Assembly (NCBI GenBank): GCA_041662125.1
Contig: JBAZTA010000007.1
Location: 25,490 to 89,489 of the forward strand
From: Candidatus Omnitrophota bacterium
GTDB taxonomy: Bacteria; Omnitrophota; Gorgyraeia; Gygaellales; Profunditerraquicolaceae
Direction: 5' to 3'
Length of the DNA: 64,000 nt
Shown here: piece after piece, positions 9,306 to 19,510 of the stretch
Position numbering within the stretch: the first letter of the stretch is position 1
How the letters are laid out: every line of letters begins with the position of its first letter
Notes under the pieces: generated by a model
Seen by the model: the letters and a program-made list of their open reading frames with translations, nothing else
Told to the model about the DNA's origin: nothing
The model's database searches: none
Program-made: the position numbers and the translations under genes

Positions 9306-10586
9306 ATGAAGGGAAAAGTTTTTATTTTCTTACTTGCGTTAAGTTTGGCGGTATCGGGAATGTTGTTGTGTGCTCCCCTCGGGCATGCCGAAGAAGATAC
9401 CTTAACCATTGGTATAAATGTTCCTTTGACCGGTTCATATTCTGATCAGGGAGCCGATGAATTAAAAGCGTATAAGTTGGCTATTGATGAGGTTAATGCC
9501 GGCGGCGGTTTATTGGGTAAGCGCGTTGTATATGTGGAAAAAGATTCAGAAACAAACGCGCAGGTGTCTGCGAAAAATGCTGCTGAATTATATGATACGT
9601 ACAACGCTGTTATGGTCACCGGTGGTTCTGCCAGCAGTGAAGCAGTCGCTCAGGGGAAAGTCGCGAAAGAAAAGGGCAAAGTTTTCATGGTATGTTTAAG
9701 CCATTCTGACGCAACAACTGGTTTTGAAATTGACGCGAAAACCGGAGAATTCACCTATCAGGCGTTAAACCGGTATATGTTCCGTTGGTATCATCATGCG
9801 TGGATGTCAGCTCATGCAGCCAGCGAGTATTTAATTAATAAGTTTGGCAAAACCGCGAAATATTATTACGTAACCGCTGATTATACCTGGGGCCACACGG
9901 TTGAAAAATCATTCCGTCAGGTTTTGGAAGCTGCCGGATGCCAGACTATCGGCGCGGTGCGTTCGCCTTTGGGAGAAAAAAGTTTTGTAAAATACCTGCT
10001 GGACGCTAAAGCTGCCAAACCTGATGTTTTGGTTTTAGTCCAGTTTGGGAAAGATATGATCAATTCCTTAAAGCAGGCAACAGCAATGGGTATTAAGAAA
10101 GATTTGAAGATAGTGGTTCCTTTGATGGAACTTTATATGGCAAAAGGCGCCGGACCTGAAGCAATGGAAGGCGTTATTTGTACTTCTCCCTGGGAATGGC
10201 AGTTGCAGGATAAATATCCCGGATCTAAGAATTTTGTTGAGAAGTTTAAAGCACGGTATGGGACATATCCCGGAAATGCCGCTGCCGCTGCTTGGGTAGC
10301 TATTATGCAATATACCGATGCGGTTAAAAAAGCCGGCACGGTTGATGCAAAGGCTGTGGTGAAAGCCCTCGAAGGGGCTAAGTTTACGGTACTCAAGGGT
10401 GAAGAGTATTGGAGGGACTGGGATCATCAGGCAATGACTTCAACATTGATCCTTGAAGGGAAATCAGCCAGCGAAATGAATGGTGAATGGGATTTGGTTA
10501 AGATCATTGATGAAGTGCCGGGAGAAAAAGTAGCTCCGACGAAGAAAGATAATCCGGTAAAGTGGGATGATAGTGAGAAATTTTAA
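9306..10586 (+). CDS. periplasmic solute-binding protein, type-1 PBP (LivJ/amide-urea/branched-chain amino acid binding family)
   Basis: Signal peptide. TLTIGINVPLTGSYSDQG...YKLAIDEVNAGGG is typical of Leu/Ile/Val-binding (LivJ-like) proteins. No cognate permease or ATPase genes are adjacent. Its own promoter is TTGACA at 9165-9170. Confidence 0.75.
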   Translation: MKGKVFIFLLALSLAVSGMLLCAPLGHAEEDTLTIGINVPLTGSYSDQGADELKAYKLAIDEVNAGGGLLGKRVVYVEKDSETNAQVSAKNAAELYDTYNAVMVTGGSASSEAVAQGKVAKEKGKVFMVCLSHSDATTGFEIDAKTGEFTYQALNRYMFRWYHHAWMSAHAASEYLINKFGKTAKYYYVTADYTWGHTVEKSFRQVLEAAGCQTIGAVRSPLGEKSFVKYLLDAKAAKPDVLVLVQFGKDMINSLKQATAMGIKKDLKIVVPLMELYMAKGAGPEAMEGVICTSPWEWQLQDKYPGSKNFVEKFKARYGTYPGNAAAAAWVAIMQYTDAVKKAGTVDAKAVVKALEGAKFTVLKGEEYWRDWDHQAMTSTLILEGKSASEMNGEWDLVKIIDEVPGEKVAPTKKDNPVKWDDSEKF

Positions 10587-10609
10587 TCGGGATACGTACT
10601 AATTTAAAT

Positions 10610-11575
10610 ATGAAAAATCAAAGATCAGTTTTAAAAGCGTGTATAGTAGCAACATTGGTTTTTCTGGGAACTTTAGGTGCTTCTGCTCAGCAAGAGGAAT
10701 ATACTATGCGAGTCGGTGTTATTCCTCTTGTTGAGCATATTCCGTTGCTCTTGGCGCAAAAAGAAATTGCTGCTACTGTTACGAAAGAAAAAGTGCAGTT
10801 GGATGTGTACAATTCTTGGACCGCGCTGGAGGCTGCTTTTCGAACGGGGGCAATCGATGCGGCAGCGATCACCCTTCCGAAAGCATTGTTGATGGCTTAT
10901 GAGGGGGTGCCTTTAAAGATCCTCCTGGTTGTGGGAAGGAATGGCAGTACTATTGTTCTTAATAATGATTCTGCTGACGCCCTTAAAGGCAAGATTACGG
11001 GAGGTTCCGGCAATGATACTATGGATTTACTGGTTTTCGCCCGTTTCTTAAAGGAAAAGAAATTGCGTTTGGGCCGGGATGTGCGTTACCTGCTCATTCC
11101 CTTTAGCCGGACTATCGCGCTTATGAAAGAAGAAAGAATATATGGTTTTTGCCTTTCAGAACCTTACGGAGCTCTGGCGGAAAAAGAAGCAGTGGCAAAG
11201 AGGGTTATCCTGAGCAAAGATATTTATCCAAACCTTATCAATAGTGTTCTTATTGTTAATCCTCAAACGCTCAAAAACCATCCTGATGTGATAAAGTTGT
11301 TTGTCAAAGAATTGACCAAAGCCGCGGCTTTTATAGAAAAAGATAAAGATGCTTCAAATGGCGCGCAGACGGCGATGGCGCAAGTAAATATTTTTAAAAT
11401 CAATCCCGAAGTTGTGAAAAGGGCATTAACTATGCCAAAAGACAGGATCTTGTTCAAGAACCTTGTTCCTCAGGCTCAGGAAATTGAAAATGTAGAGAAA
11501 GATTTGATGGGATTGAATGTTTTAAGCGGAATGGTGAAATTAAATGACATTATTGATACGAGATTTTGCGACTAA
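10610..11575 (+). CDS. periplasmic solute-binding protein, type-2 PBP (NMT1/SsuA/TauA-like)
   Basis: Signal peptide and an NMT1/THI5-like fold by eye. No permease is adjacent. Confidence 0.55.
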   Translation: MKNQRSVLKACIVATLVFLGTLGASAQQEEYTMRVGVIPLVEHIPLLLAQKEIAATVTKEKVQLDVYNSWTALEAAFRTGAIDAAAITLPKALLMAYEGVPLKILLVVGRNGSTIVLNNDSADALKGKITGGSGNDTMDLLVFARFLKEKKLRLGRDVRYLLIPFSRTIALMKEERIYGFCLSEPYGALAEKEAVAKRVILSKDIYPNLINSVLIVNPQTLKNHPDVIKLFVKELTKAAAFIEKDKDASNGAQTAMAQVNIFKINPEVVKRALTMPKDRILFKNLVPQAQEIENVEKDLMGLNVLSGMVKLNDIIDTRFCD

Positions 11576-11586
11576 AATAAAAAATT

Positions 11587-13947
11587 ATGAGCGATAACAT
11601 TAATATGGAAGAAAAAAAAGGTTTCAAACTAAGGCTTTCACATAAAATCTTAGGGCTTGTTATTTTAGTCTTCATGCTTTCCAGTAGCGGCGCTATTATT
11701 TCGGGTATTCTTTCTAATAAGCGCCTGGAACGGGATATCAGCAAAAATGTCACGGATTCATTTGATAATGTTTTTAATGATGTTAAAAACCTTTTTAAAA
11801 ACTTCCAGAATATTGCGGAAGAGAGTGTAAAGAAAACCAGCGGTTTAGTTGCTTTGAGCGAGATCAAGGAAATTGCCCAGAAAAGCCAGGGAAGATTCCA
11901 GGGGTATACCCAGGAAATGATCTCTAAGACCGGAAAAGATGTTTCCGTTTCTTTAAAAGAGCTTGAAGTTTCCATGGAAGAAGGGTTTAACGCAAGTTTA
12001 GCAGTTGCTTCAGATGCCGTAGGCCAGACTATTGAAGAAGCGACAAAATCACAGGAAGTCTTAACGCAGTTGGCATATTTCCGCGTTGAGGGTTTGATCC
12101 AGGCGAGTTTAGACGGGTTTGGCAAAATAGAAGAAGTGCTTACGATGTTGGGGCTAAAATTAGAAGAGATGACAGGCGGGTTAAACGACCAAGTTGATAG
12201 TAATACAATTCAAATGATGACTATTTTAGGAGAAGCTGCGGCTACTGCTCCCGGCTTTAGCGCTGATAAAGCTATGGAAAAGATCATGCCCTTGCAGGAG
12301 AGTCTTAAAAATAATATCTTAAAAGGGTATGGCCAGGCATATTCTGCAACGAAAAAAGATATCGTGCGCGTTATTAATGTCATTAAAGAACAGATGCGCC
12401 TGATGGATCTCAAGATAAAGGCAGATGCTGATAAAGAAAAGATCATGTCTTCGCAAATATTGCAGGCTTTATTTGAAGAATCTATAACTAAGGTCATTAA
12501 TATCCAGTCTGAAGCTCGAGAAAAGATTGCAACTGTCGAGCAGACGTTATCTGGCAAGATCGACCGTTTAAATACGGAAGTGCCTAAGGAGCTTGCGGCA
12601 TTTGGCGAAGAAATGCGTAAGGAGATCGATACTAAGACTGCGGAGACCGTTAAAGGGGCGGCTGCGGTTATCGAAGAATCACGGGATGCTTTAAATAAAT
12701 CTCAGGAATCAGCTGCTAAACGCATTGAAGAAATTAAAATTTCTTCGGTGGAGCAGGTTAAGAAGGGGATTATTGACGTCGGCAAGAGTTCTTTGATCTA
12801 TTTGTTTGGGTCAATGATCGTGATAGCGGTTGTTTTTATTATCGTTTCTTTGCTTATAGTACGTACTATTACCAAGCCAAGCACGCTCATGCTGGCAATG
12901 CTTAAAGCATTGGCTAAAGGAAAAGGTGATTTGACCAATAGGATTACAATAAAATCTTCTGATGAAATCGGCGATCTGGCAAACTGGTTTAATGTTTTTG
13001 TTGAGCAGATGCGTAATATGATCTCGCAGATCCTGGTTAATACCGAGCAGGTTTCAAATGCTGCCCAGCAGTTTTCCGCTAATGCAGAGGAAACCAATGC
13101 TTCCATGGTGCAGATAAGTAACGGTATCCAGGATATTTCTAAAGGCGCATCAGTTCAGTTGGATAAAGTCCGTGAGGTTGAGAAAATCTTTGATGAATTG
13201 GCAGGAAAGCTTAAATTGGTGGCGACTAATGCAGAAATTGCCAAAGACAGCTCTGTCAAATCAGCGGAACATGCGGCTCAAGGAAAAGAATCAACGATGC
13301 AATTAATCGATAAGATCAATAAGATCGTTGATGCGGCTAATTTATCGTCGACTGCTATCCAGGAATTAAAAGATAGCTCGAAAGAAATCGGCGATATCAT
13401 TGTTACGATTACTTCTTTTGCTGACCAGACAAATCTTCTGTCTTTAAACGCTGCAATTGAAGCGGCGCGCGCGGGTGACGCGGGAAGAGGGTTTGCCGTT
13501 GTTGCCGAGGAAGTCAGAAAACTTGCTGAAGGTTCTGCGCACGCAGCCAACAGGATCGCGCAGTTGGTGCAAAAGATCATTAACGAGATCGATAGGGCTG
13601 TCGGGTTGGTAGTCAGTGAAAAAGAACAGGCTGAAGACGGCAGGAAGATCGTTCAGATCACCAGCAAAGTGCAGGAAAGTATTTTAACCGTGGCAAATAA
13701 AGCAAAAGATTTGATGATCACAATTTCCGAATCAGTGCCGCAGCAGATCCGTGCGACGGAAAAGGTTATGGATGTGGTTAAACAAGTTGCCCAAGTCGCG
13801 GAACAAAATGCGGCGTCGACGCAGCAGTTCTCAGCCAGCACTGAGGAAATGACCGCTTCAATGGAAGAAATGAGCGCGGGTGCGGCTGAATTAGCAAAGA
13901 CTTCTTCTGAATTGCGGGAACTAGTCGGGCAATTCAAAGTAAAATAA
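11587..13947 (+). CDS. methyl-accepting chemotaxis protein with large (~350 aa) helical periplasmic sensor domain
   Basis: TM1 near residue 25 and TM2 near residue 400, then HAMP, then the MCP signalling hairpin ([35 protein letters not shown]). The start is uncertain between 11587 and 11602. Confidence 0.9.
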   Translation: MSDNINMEEKKGFKLRLSHKILGLVILVFMLSSSGAIISGILSNKRLERDISKNVTDSFDNVFNDVKNLFKNFQNIAEESVKKTSGLVALSEIKEIAQKSQGRFQGYTQEMISKTGKDVSVSLKELEVSMEEGFNASLAVASDAVGQTIEEATKSQEVLTQLAYFRVEGLIQASLDGFGKIEEVLTMLGLKLEEMTGGLNDQVDSNTIQMMTILGEAAATAPGFSADKAMEKIMPLQESLKNNILKGYGQAYSATKKDIVRVINVIKEQMRLMDLKIKADADKEKIMSSQILQALFEESITKVINIQSEAREKIATVEQTLSGKIDRLNTEVPKELAAFGEEMRKEIDTKTAETVKGAAAVIEESRDALNKSQESAAKRIEEIKISSVEQVKKGIIDVGKSSLIYLFGSMIVIAVVFIIVSLLIVRTITKPSTLMLAMLKALAKGKGDLTNRITIKSSDEIGDLANWFNVFVEQMRNMISQILVNTEQVSNAAQQFSANAEETNASMVQISNGIQDISKGASVQLDKVREVEKIFDELAGKLKLVATNAEIAKDSSVKSAEHAAQGKESTMQLIDKINKIVDAANLSSTAIQELKDSSKEIGDIIVTITSFADQTNLLSLNAAIEAARAGDAGRGFAVVAEEVRKLAEGSAHAANRIAQLVQKIINEIDRAVGLVVSEKEQAEDGRKIVQITSKVQESILTVANKAKDLMITISESVPQQIRATEKVMDVVKQVAQVAEQNAASTQQFSASTEEMTASMEEMSAGAAELAKTSSELRELVGQFKVK

Positions 13948-13972
13948 GCATACAACAAGGTAGTATAAGACG

Positions 13973-14275
13973 TTGGAAGAGAGAAGAAAACATAGCCGCT
14001 GGAACATCGAGAATAAGAAAGCAACCCTGGGCAAAGGGCATGAAAAGAAAGAAGTCCCTATTGCTGACCTGAGCAGCGGTGGGATGAGGGTTTTTCTTAA
14101 TGAAACAGTCCCTATAGGCAGCAAAGTGACAGGAGAATTTAAGGTCACTCCGCAATTCGGTACTTATTTTGTTGAAGGCAAGGTTATTTGGGTGAAAGAA
14201 TCCTCGAAGCAGTCCTCATCGCATGAAATCGGTGTTAAGTTCGAAAAGATTAACACTATCATGAATCCTTTATAA
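13973..14275 (+). CDS. PilZ-domain protein (putative c-di-GMP receptor)
   Basis: RxxxR motif (RRKHSRW) and D/NxSxxG motif (DLSSGGMRV) at canonical PilZ spacing. No in-frame ATG lies upstream of the motif, so a TTG start is likely. Confidence 0.6.
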   Translation: MEERRKHSRWNIENKKATLGKGHEKKEVPIADLSSGGMRVFLNETVPIGSKVTGEFKVTPQFGTYFVEGKVIWVKESSKQSSSHEIGVKFEKINTIMNPL

Positions 14276-14365
14276 AACCTCCTTATAATAAATCAAATCG
14301 AGTCAACAAATTCAGTAAATGTAAAAATCGCAAACAAAAGAATATTTTAATTTAATTCGAAAAGT

Positions 14366-15337
14366 TTAGGTGTTTTGAGGAGGATTGGTATCATTTCTCT
14401 GCCGCCTGTCTTTTAAGTAGATGCTTCCTCCGTAGGTCTTCGCGAAGTGTTTAAGTTCTGTGGCGTTTTGTATAATGGCGGCAATATGGGTAAACTTGAG
14501 GTGTTCATTGGTAGTAACACCGATGGAAATACTCAAGAGCGGGATTTTTGTGATTTCACCCTTTCTGTTACGCGCGATAATATAACCATGATCAAGGTCT
14601 TCTTGCTCATAATATGAGATGACCGTTTTGTCAAAGTTTGTGAGAATATGTTTACAGATCATATCAACGCAGGCAGGGGTAGAGATGAAAATAAAGTCAT
14701 CTCCCCCAATATGGCCGAGAAAGTCACCCTGCGCGCCGTGTTTTTCCAAAGCATTCATAATAATGAGCGCAGTATGCGAGATGATGGTGTCGCCGCGTTC
14801 AAACCCGTAACGGTCATTAAATTCCTTGAATTTATTTAAGTCGACATATCCAACTGCCAGAGGGGCATTTGCCTTGACTCGTTCTTCGAGCTCTTTCATC
14901 ACCGAGACGTTTCCCGGAAGCTTGGTTAAGGGGTTAGCGTCTAAGTCTCTGGTAAGCCGTACGAGTGAAGCTTTTATCCGTACTAATAACTCTCCCGGTT
15001 CAAAGGGCGTTTCGATATAATCATCCGCGCCTGCGTAAATGCCTTTGATTTTATTCAAGGGGTCTTTTGAATTCATGAGCATGATGACACTGATATGGCG
15101 AATGCGGTAATTACTGCGGATAAATTTACAGATCTCAATGCCGTTTATCCGGGGAGCTTCGAAATCAGCGATAATCAGGTTAACCTGATCTTTTAGTAAA
15201 ATTTCTTTTGCTTCTTCCTGGGTTGAACAACCTTTGACTGTATACCCCTCTCCGCTTAATAATTCTGATAAGAAATTTATATTTTGAGGGTCAGCGCTGA
15301 CGATTAAGATTGTATTTTCGTTCTTGGTATCATTCAT
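14366..15337 (-). CDS. response regulator-diguanylate cyclase (REC + GGDEF domain, motif GGDDF)
   Basis: REC domain with the phospho-acceptor in LIIADFE. The GGDEF domain is RYGFERGD...[10 protein letters not shown]. No RxxD I-site precedes the GG motif. Confidence 0.85.
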   Translation of the reverse strand: MNDTKNENTILIVSADPQNINFLSELLSGEGYTVKGCSTQEEAKEILLKDQVNLIIADFEAPRINGIEICKFIRSNYRIRHISVIMLMNSKDPLNKIKGIYAGADDYIETPFEPGELLVRIKASLVRLTRDLDANPLTKLPGNVSVMKELEERVKANAPLAVGYVDLNKFKEFNDRYGFERGDTIISHTALIIMNALEKHGAQGDFLGHIGGDDFIFISTPACVDMICKHILTNFDKTVISYYEQEDLDHGYIIARNRKGEITKIPLLSISIGVTTNEHLKFTHIAAIIQNATELKHFAKTYGGSIYLKDRRQRNDTNPPQNT

Positions 15338-15339
15338 GG

Positions 15340-15948
15340 TTAGCTTTTGTTAATTGTTTCAAGCATCTTTTTGCACGCGGCCTGAATAAATTGCACTGTT
15401 TGGGGGGTCAATACCAGGTAAAAAGACCCGGTTATCTGCTGCTGGGGCTCTTCAAAAGTTGTCTCTATAAAGAGGACATATTCATCTTCGGAAGCAAGTA
15501 CCATGTTTAAGATTTGCTTGATCGGCCCGTTTACTAATGTCGGGATGGAAGGGATGATCAAGGATTTCAAAAGAATGCTTAAAGCTCCGATAAAAGAAGA
15601 AATCACCACATTTCCCACTTCCTTCATCAGCGACATCCCCATCTCGGTGAATATCCCGCATTGTTTTTCATCTTCTTTCCTGCCATAGCACATATCGATT
15701 AATTTATACGCGCTTTTTTCGTCAAGCAAAAAAAGGATTTTGCCTTCAATGCCTGTGAGCAGGCTCCCTAAGATGCTGACCACGATTTGGTCTTCGCTAA
15801 AACGGTTAAGGATATCAGCTCTGGATAAAAATGTCAAGGCAGGGACTTTAAGGTTTATTTTTCTCCCGATTATTTCGGAAAGGGCGATGCTGCCTTGGCC
15901 TGCTGATATCGTCCCCATTTCTTTTAAAATGTCCATTTCATCTTTCAT
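15340..15948 (-). CDS. CheC-family phosphatase (second paralogue)
   Basis: [21 protein letters not shown] CheC-type motif, 202 aa. Its stop overlaps the start of the REC-GGDEF gene, consistent with a bicistronic operon. Confidence 0.7.
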   Translation of the reverse strand: MKDEMDILKEMGTISAGQGSIALSEIIGRKINLKVPALTFLSRADILNRFSEDQIVVSILGSLLTGIEGKILFLLDEKSAYKLIDMCYGRKEDEKQCGIFTEMGMSLMKEVGNVVISSFIGALSILLKSLIIPSIPTLVNGPIKQILNMVLASEDEYVLFIETTFEEPQQQITGSFYLVLTPQTVQFIQAACKKMLETINKS

Positions 15949-16347
15949 GCGTTTCCTTCGAGGCCTTTTAAGAGTATCTTTTAAAGAAATCAGGCGTTCA
16001 ATAAACGATAATAATTTTGAAAATTACCGTAAGAAATGCTATACTTATAGCGCTCTTTTATGGCTCGTGTTTTAAGAACTTCGCGTGAGGCTATAAAATA
16101 TAAACCGGGAGAACATATATTCTTCCGGGAGGTTCAGATAGATAAATAATAGCATAATTTGTTTTAAGGTCAAGTAAAATATGGCGCTGAATGGTTCGGG
16201 TAATAAAAACCTTGACCGTTTCAGGAACTTGTGCTAAATTTAGATATCCCAAGGTCAAAATCCTTTTCTTGTAACCTTATCTCTATGAACTTGATTTATT
16301 CCAAATTCAATGGTATTATATACTATTAATTTAAAAGAGGAGGCTGG

Positions 16348-17682
16348 ATGAAAGTCGGTATAGAAAGAGTGCTCATTAACAAAACCATGCTCGGTTTAGG
16401 GGCCTTGTTTTTATTTTCTTGTTTTTTAGGTATTACGGGTTGCGCTTCGAAGAAAACCGAATCGAAACCTTCTATCGCGATTTGGCATTGGATGACTGAC
16501 CGGCAGCCTGCTTTTGAGGAGTTGGCAAAGAGATATGAAGCAACAACGGGGATAAAGGTTTTCTTTGAGTTATACGCTCCTTCTGATGCGTATTCTCAAA
16601 AAGTGCGGGCAGCCGCGCAAGGGTCGAATCTTCCCGATATATTTGGCATATTGGGGGAGAAAAGAGATTTTTCTTCATTTATTAAAGCCGGGCATATCCT
16701 CGATTTAACTTCTTACATGAAAGCTAATAATTCAGAATGGGAAAACAGCTTCTTTAGTAAAGCCTTGGCAGTCAATGAATTTACGCCCTCTAATAGCTAT
16801 GGCATCAATCCGGGTATTTATGGCGTGCCTATTGATATTATGACTATACAGATGGTTTATAATAAGGATTTAATGAAAGAGCTTGGGTTTGACCCGGAGA
16901 AACCCCCGGCGACGTTTGAAGAGTTTTTGGCAGTGGGCAAGCAAATCAAAGAAAAAAAATTGCAGGGCCTTGTTTCAGGGTGGGCTGAATTATGGATGAT
17001 TGACTGCCTGGCAAATAACTACGCGTTCAATATTATGGGTAAAGATAAGGTGATCGCAACTATAAAGGGGGAGAGCCCGTATACTGACCCTGATTGGATC
17101 AAGGTCTTAACCCTTTTTCAACAGATGCAGGATTCGGGGGTCCTTGTGGGTGGTGTTGTGACCATGGTTAATAAGACTGCTGAGCAGCTCTTTGCGACCG
17201 AAAAGGCGGTTTTTGCCTTTAACGGCTCCTGGTGTGTCAATGTTTACCAAGGGATGAATCCGAAGTTGAATTACGCGGCGATGCTGCCGCCTGTGGCGTC
17301 AAATAAATATCCTATGGCGATATGGGGCGGGGCGGGGTCATCGTTCATGGTCAACGCGAATTCTCCGAGAAAAGAAGAAGCGGTGAAATTCCTGCAATGG
17401 CTTACCTCAAAAGAGCAGGAAGCATATTTATCTGAAGCGACAAAAAACCTCCCGTCGAACAAGGAGAGTTTATCGAATATTTCAGAGATCCTCTCGCAGT
17501 TCGCGGATGATATGGAGCAGACAACGCATCCTAATGTTTGGGGCGTATCGGAATTCCCGGCGGTGATCGAGGCTCTCGATAAGGGGATACAGTTGATTAT
17601 TATCGGTAAAAGGACTCCTGAGCAGGTAGCAGATGAAGTGCAAAAGATTAAAGAGAGAGAATTAAATAAGAAAAGGAAATAG
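16348..17682 (+). CDS. sugar ABC transporter substrate-binding lipoprotein (family-1 SBP)
   Basis: Lipobox LGITGC. The sequence resembles MalE/UgpB-like extracellular solute-binding proteins. RBS AGGAGG. Confidence 0.8.
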   Translation: MKVGIERVLINKTMLGLGALFLFSCFLGITGCASKKTESKPSIAIWHWMTDRQPAFEELAKRYEATTGIKVFFELYAPSDAYSQKVRAAAQGSNLPDIFGILGEKRDFSSFIKAGHILDLTSYMKANNSEWENSFFSKALAVNEFTPSNSYGINPGIYGVPIDIMTIQMVYNKDLMKELGFDPEKPPATFEEFLAVGKQIKEKKLQGLVSGWAELWMIDCLANNYAFNIMGKDKVIATIKGESPYTDPDWIKVLTLFQQMQDSGVLVGGVVTMVNKTAEQLFATEKAVFAFNGSWCVNVYQGMNPKLNYAAMLPPVASNKYPMAIWGGAGSSFMVNANSPRKEEAVKFLQWLTSKEQEAYLSEATKNLPSNKESLSNISEILSQFADDMEQTTHPNVWGVSEFPAVIEALDKGIQLIIIGKRTPEQVADEVQKIKERELNKKRK

Positions 17683-17753
17683 ATCGTCCTTCTACGCTCA
17701 TCGACAGGTAGAGCTTAATTTCCTCCCTGTTTTCATAAAACGAGACACTTGCT

Positions 17754-18638
17754 ATGAAGATCAAAGATACTTTAGAGAATTATATTTTTGTCCTTCCTGC
17801 GGTAATCATTTTTACGATATTTTATATTGTCCCCTTTTTGTGGGTTTTTCAGTTGAGCAGGTTTGAATGGGACGGCATTATGCCGACTAAGATATTCGTC
17901 GGAATGAGTAATTTTGTTGAGGTAGTTACTCAGGATAAATCGTGGTGGCAGGCAATGTGGAATGCCGGGTATATTACCTTAATTGCCCTGACCTTCCAGA
18001 ATATTTTTGCATTTCTTTTGGCTATGGCTTGTGACCGGGAAATACGGTTGAAGAATTTTTACCGGCTTATTTTCTTTATTCCTCCGGTATTGTCGGAAAT
18101 CGTGGTCGGTATGGTATGGAGGTATGTTATTAATGATATCGACGGGGCAAATATGATAAACCGTATGTTATCCGCGATAGGGTTATCAGGATTGACACAG
18201 CATTGGCTCTATGACCCGAAAACCGCTTTGACAACGGTGGCGTTAGTGCATTGCTGGAAAGGGTTTGGATGGGGTTTTCTTATTTTCCTGGCGGGTTTAC
18301 AGACTATTCCCCGGGAACTCTATGAGGCTGCCCGGGTGGATGGGGCTAATGCCTGGTATAGCTTTAAAAATATTACCGTTCCGTTAATGATCCCGGTGAC
18401 GGTTCTGGTTGCGATACTCACGGTCCTGGGAACCATGCAGGCGTTTGTCTTGATTATCGGTTTAGTGGGAGGAGAAGTTGGCGGATATACCTCGGTTCCT
18501 GTTTTGCGGATTTTAGCTTCAATGCGCGGCTCTTCCCGGTTTGGGTATGCCTGCGCGCAGGGGCTTACCTTCGGTATAGTCTTGATGGCAATATCATTTG
18601 TTCAATACCAGTTTTCCCGTAAATTTCGTCAGACATAA
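17754..18638 (+). CDS. sugar ABC transporter permease (MalF/UgpA-like)
   Basis: Six-TM permease carrying the EAA loop (LYEAARVDGANAWYSFKNITVPL). Confidence 0.85.
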   Translation: MKIKDTLENYIFVLPAVIIFTIFYIVPFLWVFQLSRFEWDGIMPTKIFVGMSNFVEVVTQDKSWWQAMWNAGYITLIALTFQNIFAFLLAMACDREIRLKNFYRLIFFIPPVLSEIVVGMVWRYVINDIDGANMINRMLSAIGLSGLTQHWLYDPKTALTTVALVHCWKGFGWGFLIFLAGLQTIPRELYEAARVDGANAWYSFKNITVPLMIPVTVLVAILTVLGTMQAFVLIIGLVGGEVGGYTSVPVLRILASMRGSSRFGYACAQGLTFGIVLMAISFVQYQFSRKFRQT

Positions 18639-18661
18639 AACTACGATAAGGATCCACTATA

Positions 18662-19510
18662 ATGAAAAGCACTGCTTATTATACGACGAAGAAAATAGCT
18701 CTTAATACGCTTATCCATATTTTCTTGATCTTAGTTTCTATTACGTGCCTTTTTCCCCTCTTTTGGATGATTTCATCCAGCTTGAAAACACAGGAAACAA
18801 TATTTACAGATATGTCTTTGCTGCCGCATGAGTTTCATTTTGAAAATTACTATTTTGCCTGGCAGGAGGGCGGGTTTGGCAGGTATTTTCTAAATAGTAT
18901 TTTTTATACGGTTTCAGTGGTCGTCGGTATCGTGGTTATTTCTTCAATGGCAGCGTACGCATTTTCTCGTTTTCGTTTTCCCGGCCGCGGTATCCTTTTC
19001 TCGATCTTTATGGTCGCGATGATGATTCCTATCCCGGGAAGCTTTGTCGCGCTCTACGTTTTGTTAAATAAGCTCCATCTGAGGAATACGCCTATCGGAT
19101 ATATCCTCTGTATGATCAATGTGGGATTGTCAACGAGCATATTCCTTTTAAAGACCTTCTTTGATAAGATGCCTAAAGAACTTGAAGATGCTGCGCGAAT
19201 AGACGGGTGTTCCAAAATGGGAATATGGTGGCATGTGGCCTTACCTTTATCTAAACCGGTGCTTGCGGTTGTGGTGGTATTTAACGCCCTTAATGTTTGG
19301 AATGAATATGTCCTCGCATTGATTATCTTTGATTCAAAACCTCTTATGCCGCTCCAGGTCGCGTTACAGACTTTTCAGGGGGAATTTATCACGAAGTATC
19401 CTCTTTTAATGGCTGGTTTGACCATTACCGCATTACCAATAATTATCGTTTACATTCTCATGCAGAAATATATCGTTAAAGGAGTTACTCAGGGAGCATT
19501 AGTAGGATGA
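18662..19510 (+). CDS. sugar ABC transporter permease (MalG/UgpE-like)
   Basis: EAA motif (LEDAARIDGCSKMGIWWHVALPL). Confidence 0.85.
   Translation: MKSTAYYTTKKIALNTLIHIFLILVSITCLFPLFWMISSSLKTQETIFTDMSLLPHEFHFENYYFAWQEGGFGRYFLNSIFYTVSVVVGIVVISSMAAYAFSRFRFPGRGILFSIFMVAMMIPIPGSFVALYVLLNKLHLRNTPIGYILCMINVGLSTSIFLLKTFFDKMPKELEDAARIDGCSKMGIWWHVALPLSKPVLAVVVVFNALNVWNEYVLALIIFDSKPLMPLQVALQTFQGEFITKYPLLMAGLTITALPIIIVYILMQKYIVKGVTQGALVG

Noticed and set aside
12210-14155. Multiple 70-120-aa antisense ORFs inside the large MCP gene (12210-12557, 12798-13106, 13278-13580, 13653-14024)
   Set aside because: They lie antisense to a confidently identified, conserved MCP coding sequence and have Ser/Ala-rich low-complexity composition typical of reverse-frame noise.
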